28,248 nucleotides of DNA from a virus (Duplodnaviria; Caudoviricetes), in IMG/VR virus record IMGVR_UViG_3300042402_000187, positions 1 to 28,248 of that record. One strand, 5' to 3'. Under the pieces are notes generated by a model. The model did no database searches and was not told the DNA's origin. It saw only the letters and a program-made list of their open reading frames with translations. Of this stretch, positions 19,393 through 27,434 are shown in pieces. A program made the translations under genes and the position numbers. Numbering within the stretch: the stretch's first letter is position 1; each line of letters opens with the position of its first letter.

Positions 19393-19836
19393 ATGGCAAA
19401 AATACCCTTACCTGAGCGTGGACAACCACTAGATGTAGCATATGTTTATGAGTTAGCCCAAGCAGTCAACGAGTTATCAAAAGAGGTCTCTCCAGCAACC
19501 TATGACTATGTAACTGTTCAGACAGCAGACAACGGTCCACAAAATAGAAAGGTTACAGAGGTTAGGGTTATTGGTGCACTTGTTAAAGTTGCAAGTAGCA
19601 AGTCTGTTACCCCTGGTGAGCAAATTTCTTTTTCACATTCATTTACAGGAGAGTTTAGATTCCCCCCAATTGTTACTGCTACCCCAATAAACGTAGGACA
19701 AACTCCTGCTGGAGCAAGCGTATCTTTAATATTAAATGATCCATCTACGTCTTCTGTTACTGGGTTTGTTAAGTTTAACACATCTGGAGATGCTTCTCTT
19801 AATGTTAACTTAATTATCATTGGTATACCAAACTAA
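19393..19836 (+). CDS. Minor tail protein with small C-terminal beta-sandwich (H-lectin/gp53-C-like)
   Basis: F...F.FPPIVTATP...S.TGF...VNLIIIG pattern resembles short receptor-binding tip domains. Last gene of the tail module. Confidence 0.5.
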   Translation: MAKIPLPERGQPLDVAYVYELAQAVNELSKEVSPATYDYVTVQTADNGPQNRKVTEVRVIGALVKVASSKSVTPGEQISFSHSFTGEFRFPPIVTATPINVGQTPAGASVSLILNDPSTSSVTGFVKFNTSGDASLNVNLIIIGIPN

Positions 19837-20027
19837 TGCTAAAATGTAAAAAATGTAAAGGCAGAATGTTTCTTGACAGACAATACAGCACAATCGGACA
19901 CCTTGAGACATATTGCATGGCTTGTGGATCAAGAGATTTTTTTAATCCACCAACAAGTTCTGCGGAGGGTTTATGGCTATTAAAAAGGGAAGTATCGAGA
20001 GCGAAGGCTACAATGTCCTCCCTGTAA
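19836..20027 (+). CDS. Small zinc-ribbon protein
   Basis: CKKC...CMAC (two CxxC motifs), 63 aa, TAATG coupled. Confidence 0.7.
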   Translation: MLKCKKCKGRMFLDRQYSTIGHLETYCMACGSRDFFNPPTSSAEGLWLLKREVSRAKATMSSL

Positions 20028-20515
20028 TTCCAGGGAATAAAAAGGTCTGGTTTTTAAATGGAGACCTAGTTCGAGTGCACCATTTAAATAAATCTAATGG
20101 AATAATGTCTGTTTATAATATCACAAAAGATCAAATTGAAAGTTGTTTAGTTTCTGATTTTAAAAAGAAAAGAGAACGGGCCTATACCGTTAGAGAGACT
20201 GCTGATTTAGTTAATCGTCATAAAAAATATATGCCATCACTAATGAAACGAGGAGTCATCCCATTTCCAACGGGATCTCAAAAGGGTGGGGCCAGAGGAT
20301 TCCAAGTAAGATCATATTACTCAGAATCGCAAGTAAAAGAGATACGTGATATACTTGCTACATACCATATTGGTAGGCCAAGAAAAGACAAATTAATAAC
20401 AAATGATATTACGCCTAGCAAACAAGAGTTGACACGAAGAATGGGCGATGGTATACTTACATATAGAAGAACAGAAGACGGACAGTTTGTTCCAATTTGG
20501 AGCGAGTCTATTTAA
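19973..20515 (+). CDS. MerR-like winged HTH DNA-binding protein
   Basis: YTVRETADLVNRHKKYMPSLMKRGVIPFP...RSYYSESQV matches the MerR/excisionase HTH pattern. SD GGAGGG at 19964-19969. Confidence 0.7.
   Translation: MAIKKGSIESEGYNVLPVIPGNKKVWFLNGDLVRVHHLNKSNGIMSVYNITKDQIESCLVSDFKKKRERAYTVRETADLVNRHKKYMPSLMKRGVIPFPTGSQKGGARGFQVRSYYSESQVKEIRDILATYHIGRPRKDKLITNDITPSKQELTRRMGDGILTYRRTEDGQFVPIWSESI
20429..20457 (+). promoter_or_regulatory. Near-consensus primary-sigma promoter for replication module
   Basis: TTGACA (20429-20434), 17 nt spacer, TATACT (20452-20457), plus extended TG at 20449-20450. Lies inside the 3' end of the HTH gene. Confidence 0.85.
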
Positions 20516-20528
20516 CGAAGGGTATGAA

Positions 20529-20735
20529 ATGGAAAACGAAGACACAAAGGTATCTGTTACACTTGGATACACGCTTAACCTAGGAAACTTTCAATCGCTA
20601 AGGCTTGACCTTGGGGTAGTTGACACAAGACGTAATGGAGAAACTGCAGACCAGGCTTTTGAGCGAGTCTACAAGTTTGTTGAAGATAAACTGACTGATA
20701 AGATTAACGAAGCAAAGGCAGAGATTAACGAATAA
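20529..20735 (+). CDS. Small phage protein of unknown function
   Basis: Start moved to ATG 20529 (SD GAAGGG at 20517-20522, downstream of the promoter). VSVTLGYTLNLGNFQSLRLD motif recalled from other phage proteins. Confidence 0.7.
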   Translation: MENEDTKVSVTLGYTLNLGNFQSLRLDLGVVDTRRNGETADQAFERVYKFVEDKLTDKINEAKAEINE

Positions 20736-21043
20736 TGGCTGAGCGCAAAGACCGTATGGCTTTGCTTTCAAGATACAGCAAGTATCATACCGCAAGGTAC
20801 GAATCAAAGCCATCCCTTAATCTAAATGTAGAACAGTGGGCTTCAGATGCCCTAGTTGAATCATACGGAATTTCAGGGTGTTACGATATACTTGAGTATT
20901 ACTTTAAGGTTGCAGAGAATCCATCTTGGAATTACTTTGCATATAATGCAGAAAAGATTTTACAAGCACAAAAAGATAAAAGCAGAGATGACAACGAGAG
21001 AGCAGAGCGTAGAAGAATGGCAAAGGAGTGGCTAAGTGAATAA
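20735..21043 (+). CDS. Hypothetical protein upstream of helicase (possible loader/initiator)
   Basis: 102-aa helical ORF, TAATG coupled and overlapping the helicase start. Function is a positional guess. Confidence 0.6.
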   Translation: MAERKDRMALLSRYSKYHTARYESKPSLNLNVEQWASDALVESYGISGCYDILEYYFKVAENPSWNYFAYNAEKILQAQKDKSRDDNERAERRRMAKEWLSE

Positions 21044-22256
21044 TACAGAGTCCAAACTAATTACTGCAGTTCTTCAAGATAAGCAGATCCATATACTTCT
21101 GCAGGCAAATGTTGATAACCTTCTAAGAACTCACGGAGATATCTGGAACTTCATCAGACTCTATTTTGAAAACAATAAGTCTTTACCACCTGCAGAACTT
21201 GTAACAGAAAAGTTTAGAGACTTTGCCCCAATAGCAAATGTAGGAGCAACCAAGCACCACCTTGAAGAGTTGCAGGGTGAGTACCTAAATGACAGCCTTA
21301 AAGATATTCTAAGATCAGCAGCAGGAAATGTTCAAAACAATCAGGGAACTATTGCTCTAAATGATTTAATTACTCAGACATCTGAGTTAAAAAAGAATAC
21401 TGCAGCCATTCGTGACATTGATGTTACGGATCTTGAATCAGCAGTAGCATACTTTGAAAACCTAAAGGTTCAGCAAGCAGCAGGTCATGTTGGAATTAAA
21501 ACTAACCTACCAGGGTTTGATAACTATCTTCCTTCTGGAATTATGCCAGGGCAGTTAGGAGTCTTTCTAGCATACCCAGGTATAGGAAAGTCTTGGATGG
21601 CTCTGTACTTCGCTGTACAGGCCTGGAAGCAGGGTAGAACACCCCTTGTAATCTCTCTTGAGATGTCAGAAACAGAAGTTCGTAATCGTGTATTTACTAT
21701 TATGGGTGAAGGACTTTGGTCTCACAGAAAGTTAAGCAATGGAGATGTTGAACTAGATACTCTTAAGGCTTGGCATGCTAAGCATTTACAGGGTAAGCCA
21801 GAGTTCCATATCATTTCAAACGATCAGGGTGGAGAGATTAACCCTTCAGTGCTTCGTGGAAAGATTGACCAGTACAAGCCAGACTTTGTAATCGTTGACT
21901 ACCTTCAGTTGATGGCTCCTAATCAGAAGTCAGATAATGAAACAGTACGAATGAAGAACCTTTCAAGAGAACTTAAACTTATGGCTATTGGTGAAGAAGT
22001 CCCAATCATTGCTATCTCATCTGCTACGCCAGACGATGTTAATGATCTTAGTGGGGTTCCTACGCTTGGTCAGACCGCTTGGTCAAGACAGATTGCTTAT
22101 GATGCAGACTGGGTTATTGCTCTTGGTAGAGCATCAAATAGTGATATTATTGAATGCGCTTTTAGAAAGAACCGTAATGGGTTTATGGGAGACTTCCTTG
22201 TACAGGTTGACTTTGACAAGGGATACTACAGATATAAAGATTATGAAGATAAGTAG
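21036..22256 (+). CDS. dnaB: DnaB-like replicative helicase
   Basis: Walker A AYPGIGKS, ISLEMS, Walker B VIVDYLQLM, YDAD and KNRNG. GTG start behind SD AAGGAG. Confidence 0.95.
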   Translation: MNNTESKLITAVLQDKQIHILLQANVDNLLRTHGDIWNFIRLYFENNKSLPPAELVTEKFRDFAPIANVGATKHHLEELQGEYLNDSLKDILRSAAGNVQNNQGTIALNDLITQTSELKKNTAAIRDIDVTDLESAVAYFENLKVQQAAGHVGIKTNLPGFDNYLPSGIMPGQLGVFLAYPGIGKSWMALYFAVQAWKQGRTPLVISLEMSETEVRNRVFTIMGEGLWSHRKLSNGDVELDTLKAWHAKHLQGKPEFHIISNDQGGEINPSVLRGKIDQYKPDFVIVDYLQLMAPNQKSDNETVRMKNLSRELKLMAIGEEVPIIAISSATPDDVNDLSGVPTLGQTAWSRQIAYDADWVIALGRASNSDIIECAFRKNRNGFMGDFLVQVDFDKGYYRYKDYEDK

Positions 22257-22268
22257 TTATAATATGGT

Positions 22269-22616
22269 ATGCAGCACGAGAATCTTCCTCCTACCTTCTA
22301 TCACCATAGACCTATCAAAAAGTTCTATCTTGACGGGGTCATCCACGATGAGTCAGCGCTTGGTAGGCTGAAGGATGAATACATCAGGCTCCTGGATTCA
22401 GAAATGCGACTATCAGGATATGTGCCACGGCTTGACATAACTCCAGATTTTACGCTAGACTATAACCACAAGAAAAAATATTTTGAGTTTCAACTAACAG
22501 TACACGGGACATACACGGGAAGAAGACAAAGCGAATGGATAGCAGGAATAGACGTAAGCACACCAATCTTTATACAAAAGAGCAAATCAAAAGAGTTCTC
22601 ACGGGAACAGGTGTAA
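22269..22616 (+). CDS. Hypothetical protein between helicase and primase
   Basis: 115-aa ORF filling the gap. TATAAT (22258-22263) lies 5 nt before the ATG, so it may be leaderless. Confidence 0.7.
   Translation: MQHENLPPTFYHHRPIKKFYLDGVIHDESALGRLKDEYIRLLDSEMRLSGYVPRLDITPDFTLDYNHKKKYFEFQLTVHGTYTGRRQSEWIAGIDVSTPIFIQKSKSKEFSREQV
22432..22461 (+). promoter_or_regulatory. Possible promoter for primase
   Basis: TTGACA (22432-22437), 18 nt spacer, TAGACT (22456-22461), about 75 nt before ATG 22535. Confidence 0.45.
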
Positions 22617-23479
22617 CGATTGAGTCTGAGGTTGACTCAGACTATATTATTTTCTGTCCATATCACAATAACAACAGGACCCCAGCAGGAGAAATAGACA
22701 AGTCAAATGGAACATTCTTCTGTTTTGCTTGTCACCACGTTACGGGATTGACAGAGTTTGTTATGCACATGTCTAATAGAACATACTTTGAGGCTGCAAG
22801 ATTTATCAAAAGCAAAGAAACAGAAACAAGCATAGAACAGGATGTAGACAGGGCCCTTTATAAAAAACCAGAGTTTACTTTGTTTGACGAGGTTGTTATC
22901 AAAAGACTACATAATGAATTACTATCTTCTAGCAGAGCAAAAGATTATTTTAACTATAGGAAAATTACCAAAGAGTCAGCATCAAAATTTTCTTTAGGCT
23001 ATTCAGAAAAACAAGATATGGTAACTGTTCCAGTACATAGTCCAGACGGATTAGCAATTGGATTTGTTGGAAGATCTATTGAGGGCAAAGAGTTTAAGAA
23101 CACCCCAGGTCTGCCAAAGTCTAAAACACTGTTTAACCTTCATAGAGTTAAGACTTCTGGTAAAGTCTACATAGTTGAATCATCATTTGATGCCATTAGG
23201 CTTGACCAGTGTGGCTTTCCAGCAGTAGCAACATTGGGATCTAATGTGTCAAACATACAAATAGAATTGCTTCAGAAGTACTTTAATGATATAATTGTCA
23301 TTGCGGATAACGATGAAGCAGGTGGAAATATGAAAACTAAGATAGTTGAAAAACTTGGTTCTCGTGTATCTGTAATACAATTAAATAAAGAATATAAAGA
23401 TATAGGCGACATGGACGATAAGTCAATTCAAGAACTGGACTTCCAGTTTGACAAATCAATACAGTCTATGCTAAACTAA
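22535..23479 (+). CDS. dnaG: DNA primase (CHC2 zinc finger + TOPRIM)
   Basis: CPYH...CFAC zinc finger, GFVGR, KSKTLFNL, and TOPRIM IVESSFDA...ADNDEAG...KDIGD. Confidence 0.92.
   Translation: MDSRNRRKHTNLYTKEQIKRVLTGTGVTIESEVDSDYIIFCPYHNNNRTPAGEIDKSNGTFFCFACHHVTGLTEFVMHMSNRTYFEAARFIKSKETETSIEQDVDRALYKKPEFTLFDEVVIKRLHNELLSSSRAKDYFNYRKITKESASKFSLGYSEKQDMVTVPVHSPDGLAIGFVGRSIEGKEFKNTPGLPKSKTLFNLHRVKTSGKVYIVESSFDAIRLDQCGFPAVATLGSNVSNIQIELLQKYFNDIIVIADNDEAGGNMKTKIVEKLGSRVSVIQLNKEYKDIGDMDDKSIQELDFQFDKSIQSMLN
23448..23477 (+). promoter_or_regulatory. Promoter for ssb-dnaE-recA
   Basis: TTGACA (23448-23453), 18 nt spacer, TAAACT (23472-23477), with extended TG at 23469-23470. Overlaps the last primase codons. 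Confidence 0.7.
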
Positions 23480-23503
23480 CATAATACAGAAAAGAGAAAA
23501 CAC

Positions 23504-24157
23504 ATGGCAATACTAAGAGGAATCAAAGAAATGGGACCAGTACTAGATGGTCCAAAGGGTGGCGACGGCCCAAAGGTTAAGTGGCTAAAACTTGCTGATG
23601 GACAATCAGTAAAGATTAGATTCTTAGAAGAACTAGATGAGGACTCAGCAAACTACAGTCCTGATCGTGGTCTAGCAATCGTTGTATCAGAACACACAAA
23701 TCCAAAGGACTACAAGCGCAAGGCTGTAGATACAATGGACACAGAAGGTCGTGACTGGGCAGAAGAAATGCACCGCAAGGATCCAAAGGCTGGCTGGAGA
23801 GCACGTCTTCGTTTCTATTGCAACGTTCTAGTTGACGACGGCATTGAAGCACCATATGTTGCAATCTGGTCAATGGGTATCAGCAAGCAATCATCATTCA
23901 ACACAATTCGTGAGTATGCACTTGAAACAGGAAGCATCTCAAATGTACAGTGGAAGTTAAAGCGTAATGGTCAGGGAACTGAAACCAATTACACACTAAT
24001 TCCATCTGCACCAGATAAGGAGCCATTCAACTGGGGAGACATTAAGCCTTACCCACTAGAGTCTGCACTACGCAAGGTTCCTTACGCAGAACAAGAAGCG
24101 TTCTATTTGGGCTTTGATGGCCCATCTGCCACTTCAGCAACAAACGCTGATTGGTAA
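23504..24157 (+). CDS. Phage single-stranded DNA-binding protein (gp32-like OB fold)
   Basis: WLKLADGQSVKIRFL...FYCNV...WKLKRNGQGTETNYTLIP pattern of phage SSBs, a flexible tail ending in DW, and a position between primase and polymerase. Confidence 0.7.
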   Translation: MAILRGIKEMGPVLDGPKGGDGPKVKWLKLADGQSVKIRFLEELDEDSANYSPDRGLAIVVSEHTNPKDYKRKAVDTMDTEGRDWAEEMHRKDPKAGWRARLRFYCNVLVDDGIEAPYVAIWSMGISKQSSFNTIREYALETGSISNVQWKLKRNGQGTETNYTLIPSAPDKEPFNWGDIKPYPLESALRKVPYAEQEAFYLGFDGPSATSATNADW

Positions 24158-24158
24158 T

Positions 24159-27100
24159 ATGAACTACGTCGGCTTACATGTCCACACCCATTTCAGTTTA
24201 TTTGATGGGATTGCTACTCCAGAAGAATACGTGAACCGTGCAGTTGAGTTAGGGATGCCAGCAATTGCCATCACTGACCACGGTACTTTATCTGGGCATA
24301 GGGAACTGCACCGTATTGCAAAAGCAAAGGGCATTAAGCCAATTCTAGGTCTAGAAGGATACATGTGTGCAGACATATCTGATACACGAGATAAGTCTGA
24401 AAGAGAAGGTCAACAAGATCTTGTCTACAATCACATTATCCTTCTAGCCAAGAATCAAATTGGTTTGGAAAACCTTAACAAGATTAGTGAACTATCTTGG
24501 ACAGATGGTTTCTTTAAGAAGCCAAGATTTGATTTTAGTATATTAGAAAAATATAAAGAAGGAATTATTGTTTCTTCTGCTTGCCCAAGTAGCGTTTTAG
24601 TTAAAGCACTTGAGGAAGAAGAGTTTGCTCTCGCAAAGAAATATATCTCTTGGTTCAAAGAGCGCTTTGCTGATGACTACTACATTGAGGTTATGCCTCA
24701 CAATGAAGCACACATAAATAAGTATTTAATACAACTTGCGGATGAATTTGATATCAAAGTTATTGTTACACCAGACTGCCACCATGTTGATCCATCACAA
24801 AAAGAAGTTCAAGAGTTTAAGTTGCTTATGAACACACATGGTAAGTTTGTAAAAGATGCAACATATGAGAAGTCAAAGAAAAAGGGCAACATGATGGAGC
24901 GCCTTGATTATCTTTATGGCGCAGATCGTCAAATGTCATTTAATAAGTTTGATATCCATCTTCTATCTTATGAAGAGATCAAGGCAGCCATGGAAGCGCA
25001 GGGTATTGATAGACCTGACATCTACTCAAACACAATCCTATTAGCAGAGACAGTAGGAGACTATGGAATTCAAGAAGGATTAAACCTACTACCAGTACAG
25101 TACAAGAGTCCTGACAAGGAACTTGCAAAGGTTGCTTTGGAAGGTTTGGCAGAGCGAGGTTTGTCAGAAAACCAAGAGTACCTTGACAGACTTGAAGAAG
25201 AGTTACAGATTATTAAAGATAAGAAGTTTGCTCCATACTTCCTTGTTGTAAGTAATATGATTAACTGGGCCAAGAAAGAAGAGATTATGGTTGGCCCAGG
25301 TCGTGGTTCATCTGCTGGCTCTCTTGTTTGCTACGCACTAAAGATTACAGACATTGACCCTATTGAACACAATCTTTTGTTCTTCCGCTTTATCAATCCA
25401 GATCGTAATGACTTTCCAGATATCGATACAGATATTCAAGATACTCGTCGTGAAGAAGTAAAAGATTATCTTGTTAGACAGTATAGACACGTGGCATCCA
25501 TCGCCACCTTCCTTGAATTTACAGGCAAAGGAATTGTTAGAGATGTTTCACGAGTACTAAATATTCCTTTGTCAGATGTAAACAAGGTTTTAAAGACTGT
25601 TGATACTTGGGATGACTTCTGCACATCTAAATCAACACGAGAGTTTCGTGAGAAGTATCCAGAAGTAGAAGTTTATGGAGAGCAACTACGTGGTCGAATT
25701 CGTGGTACAGGTATTCACGCAGCAGGTGTTGTAACTGCAAAAGAACCAATCTTTAGGTACGCACCACTTGAAACAAGATCTTCTACTGGATCTGATGAAA
25801 GAATTCCAGTCGTTGGTGTTGATATGGAAGAGGCTGAGAGAATTGGCTTAATTAAGATTGATGCTTTGGGTCTTAAGACTTTATCTGTTCTTAAGAACAC
25901 AATTGATATTATTAAAGAACGAGATGGAAAAAAGATTGACCTTCTTAAGATTAAGATGGATGATGCCAATGTTTATCAGATGCTGTCTGATGGATATACA
26001 AAGGGTGTGTTCCAGTGTGAAGCAGCACCATACACAAACCTTCTTGTTAAGATGGGTGTTAAGAATCTAAACGAACTTGCAGCATCAAATGCTCTTGTTC
26101 GTCCAGGTGCAATGAATACTATTGGTAAGGATTATGTTGATCGCAAACATGGTCGTCAAAACATTTCTTACACACACCAAGTATTAAAACAATTTACGGA
26201 GGACACTTATGGCTGTATTCTTTACCAGGAACAAGTTATGCAAGCATGCGTACACCTTGGCGGTATGTCCATGTCGGAAGCAGATAAAGTTAGAAAGATC
26301 ATTGGCAAGAAAAAAGATGCTAAAGAGTTTGATCAGTTTAAAGAGAGGTTCGTAGAGGGTGCCTCTAAGTTTATCTCTCCAAACCTTGCTCGTGACCTAT
26401 GGCATGACTTTGAGGCTCACGCAGGGTACTCATTTAACAAGTCTCACGCAGTAGCATACTCAACACTATCCTATTGGACAGCATGGCTAAAATATTATTA
26501 TCCACTTGAGTTTATGTACTCAGTGCTAAAGAATGAAAAGGATAAAGATGCGAGAACTGAATATCTTATTGAAGCAAAAAGAATGGGAATTAGCATTAAG
26601 TTACCTCACATTAACGATTCGGATATTGATTTTAAGATTGAGGGTAAAGGTATTCGGTTTGGACTCAGTGCTATCAAGTTCATATCTGACAAGATTGGTG
26701 AACGATACATATCGGCACGACCATTCAATTCGTACAAAGAACTTGAAGAATTCACATTCACCAAGGGCAACGGAGTAAACAGTCGTGCACTCCAAGCACT
26801 TAGGGTAATTGGCGCAGCAACATTTAATGATAATCCTAGAAATGATCAGGAGATTAAAGAGAACCTGTATGAGTACCTAAACCTTCCAGAGTTTAATATT
26901 ACTATACCTTCTCACTACTATGCATTCATTCAGGACATTGTTGACTTTGAAGAAAAAGGATCATACATTTTTATGGGTATGGTAAAATCTATTAAAAGGG
27001 GAACAGGATGGTCACGAGTTGAAATTTTGGATAAGACTGGGTCTGTGGGTATATTTGATGATGAGAATACAACTATTGAGACGGGTCGTTCTTATCTTGT

Positions 27101-27434
27101 CTTGTGTAATGATAACAGGATTGTTTCTTTCATACCTTCTGATGAGATAAAAGAATCATCTCATGCTCTAGTAAAGTTTTTAAGTTACAAGCAGTTGCCG
27201 TACAAGGATGATGAAATGTTTGTTGTATCCTTTAAGCCAAGGATTACAAAGGCTGGAAAGAAGATGGCATCTCTTACACTTGCAGATACAAGCAGAGATC
27301 TTCATTCAATTACAGTTTTCCCAACATCTTTTGCAAAAGCATATATGCACATTGAAGAAGGAAAATCTTATAAGTTTAGTTTTGGAAAGACAAAAGACGG
27401 AACAGTCACATTGGAGGATGTACATGTCAGTTAG
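24159..27434 (+). CDS. dnaE: DNA polymerase III alpha subunit-like (C-family)
   Basis: Start moved to ATG 24159. PHP motifs LHVHTHFS and AITDHG, GRGSSAGS, catalytic PDIDTD and KID, GIHAAG, YQEQVM and YSFNKSH. Confidence 0.97.
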   Translation: MNYVGLHVHTHFSLFDGIATPEEYVNRAVELGMPAIAITDHGTLSGHRELHRIAKAKGIKPILGLEGYMCADISDTRDKSEREGQQDLVYNHIILLAKNQIGLENLNKISELSWTDGFFKKPRFDFSILEKYKEGIIVSSACPSSVLVKALEEEEFALAKKYISWFKERFADDYYIEVMPHNEAHINKYLIQLADEFDIKVIVTPDCHHVDPSQKEVQEFKLLMNTHGKFVKDATYEKSKKKGNMMERLDYLYGADRQMSFNKFDIHLLSYEEIKAAMEAQGIDRPDIYSNTILLAETVGDYGIQEGLNLLPVQYKSPDKELAKVALEGLAERGLSENQEYLDRLEEELQIIKDKKFAPYFLVVSNMINWAKKEEIMVGPGRGSSAGSLVCYALKITDIDPIEHNLLFFRFINPDRNDFPDIDTDIQDTRREEVKDYLVRQYRHVASIATFLEFTGKGIVRDVSRVLNIPLSDVNKVLKTVDTWDDFCTSKSTREFREKYPEVEVYGEQLRGRIRGTGIHAAGVVTAKEPIFRYAPLETRSSTGSDERIPVVGVDMEEAERIGLIKIDALGLKTLSVLKNTIDIIKERDGKKIDLLKIKMDDANVYQMLSDGYTKGVFQCEAAPYTNLLVKMGVKNLNELAASNALVRPGAMNTIGKDYVDRKHGRQNISYTHQVLKQFTEDTYGCILYQEQVMQACVHLGGMSMSEADKVRKIIGKKKDAKEFDQFKERFVEGASKFISPNLARDLWHDFEAHAGYSFNKSHAVAYSTLSYWTAWLKYYYPLEFMYSVLKNEKDKDARTEYLIEAKRMGISIKLPHINDSDIDFKIEGKGIRFGLSAIKFISDKIGERYISARPFNSYKELEEFTFTKGNGVNSRALQALRVIGAATFNDNPRNDQEIKENLYEYLNLPEFNITIPSHYYAFIQDIVDFEEKGSYIFMGMVKSIKRGTGWSRVEILDKTGSVGIFDDENTTIETGRSYLVLCNDNRIVSFIPSDEIKESSHALVKFLSYKQLPYKDDEMFVVSFKPRITKAGKKMASLTLADTSRDLHSITVFPTSFAKAYMHIEEGKSYKFSFGKTKDGTVTLEDVHVS

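Noticed and set aside
20448-20528. N-terminal extension of the 20448 ORF
   Set aside because: That ATG lies inside the promoter and overlaps the HTH gene. ATG 20529 has an SD.
22213-22263. TTGACA at 22213 paired with TATAAT at 22258
   Set aside because: The 39-nt spacing is incompatible with a single promoter. TTGACA at 19873 likewise has no -10 at the proper distance.
24114-24158. Longer DnaE start from the ORF track
   Set aside because: It overlaps the SSB gene. ATG 24159 directly follows the SSB stop and gives the normal distance to the LHVH motif.
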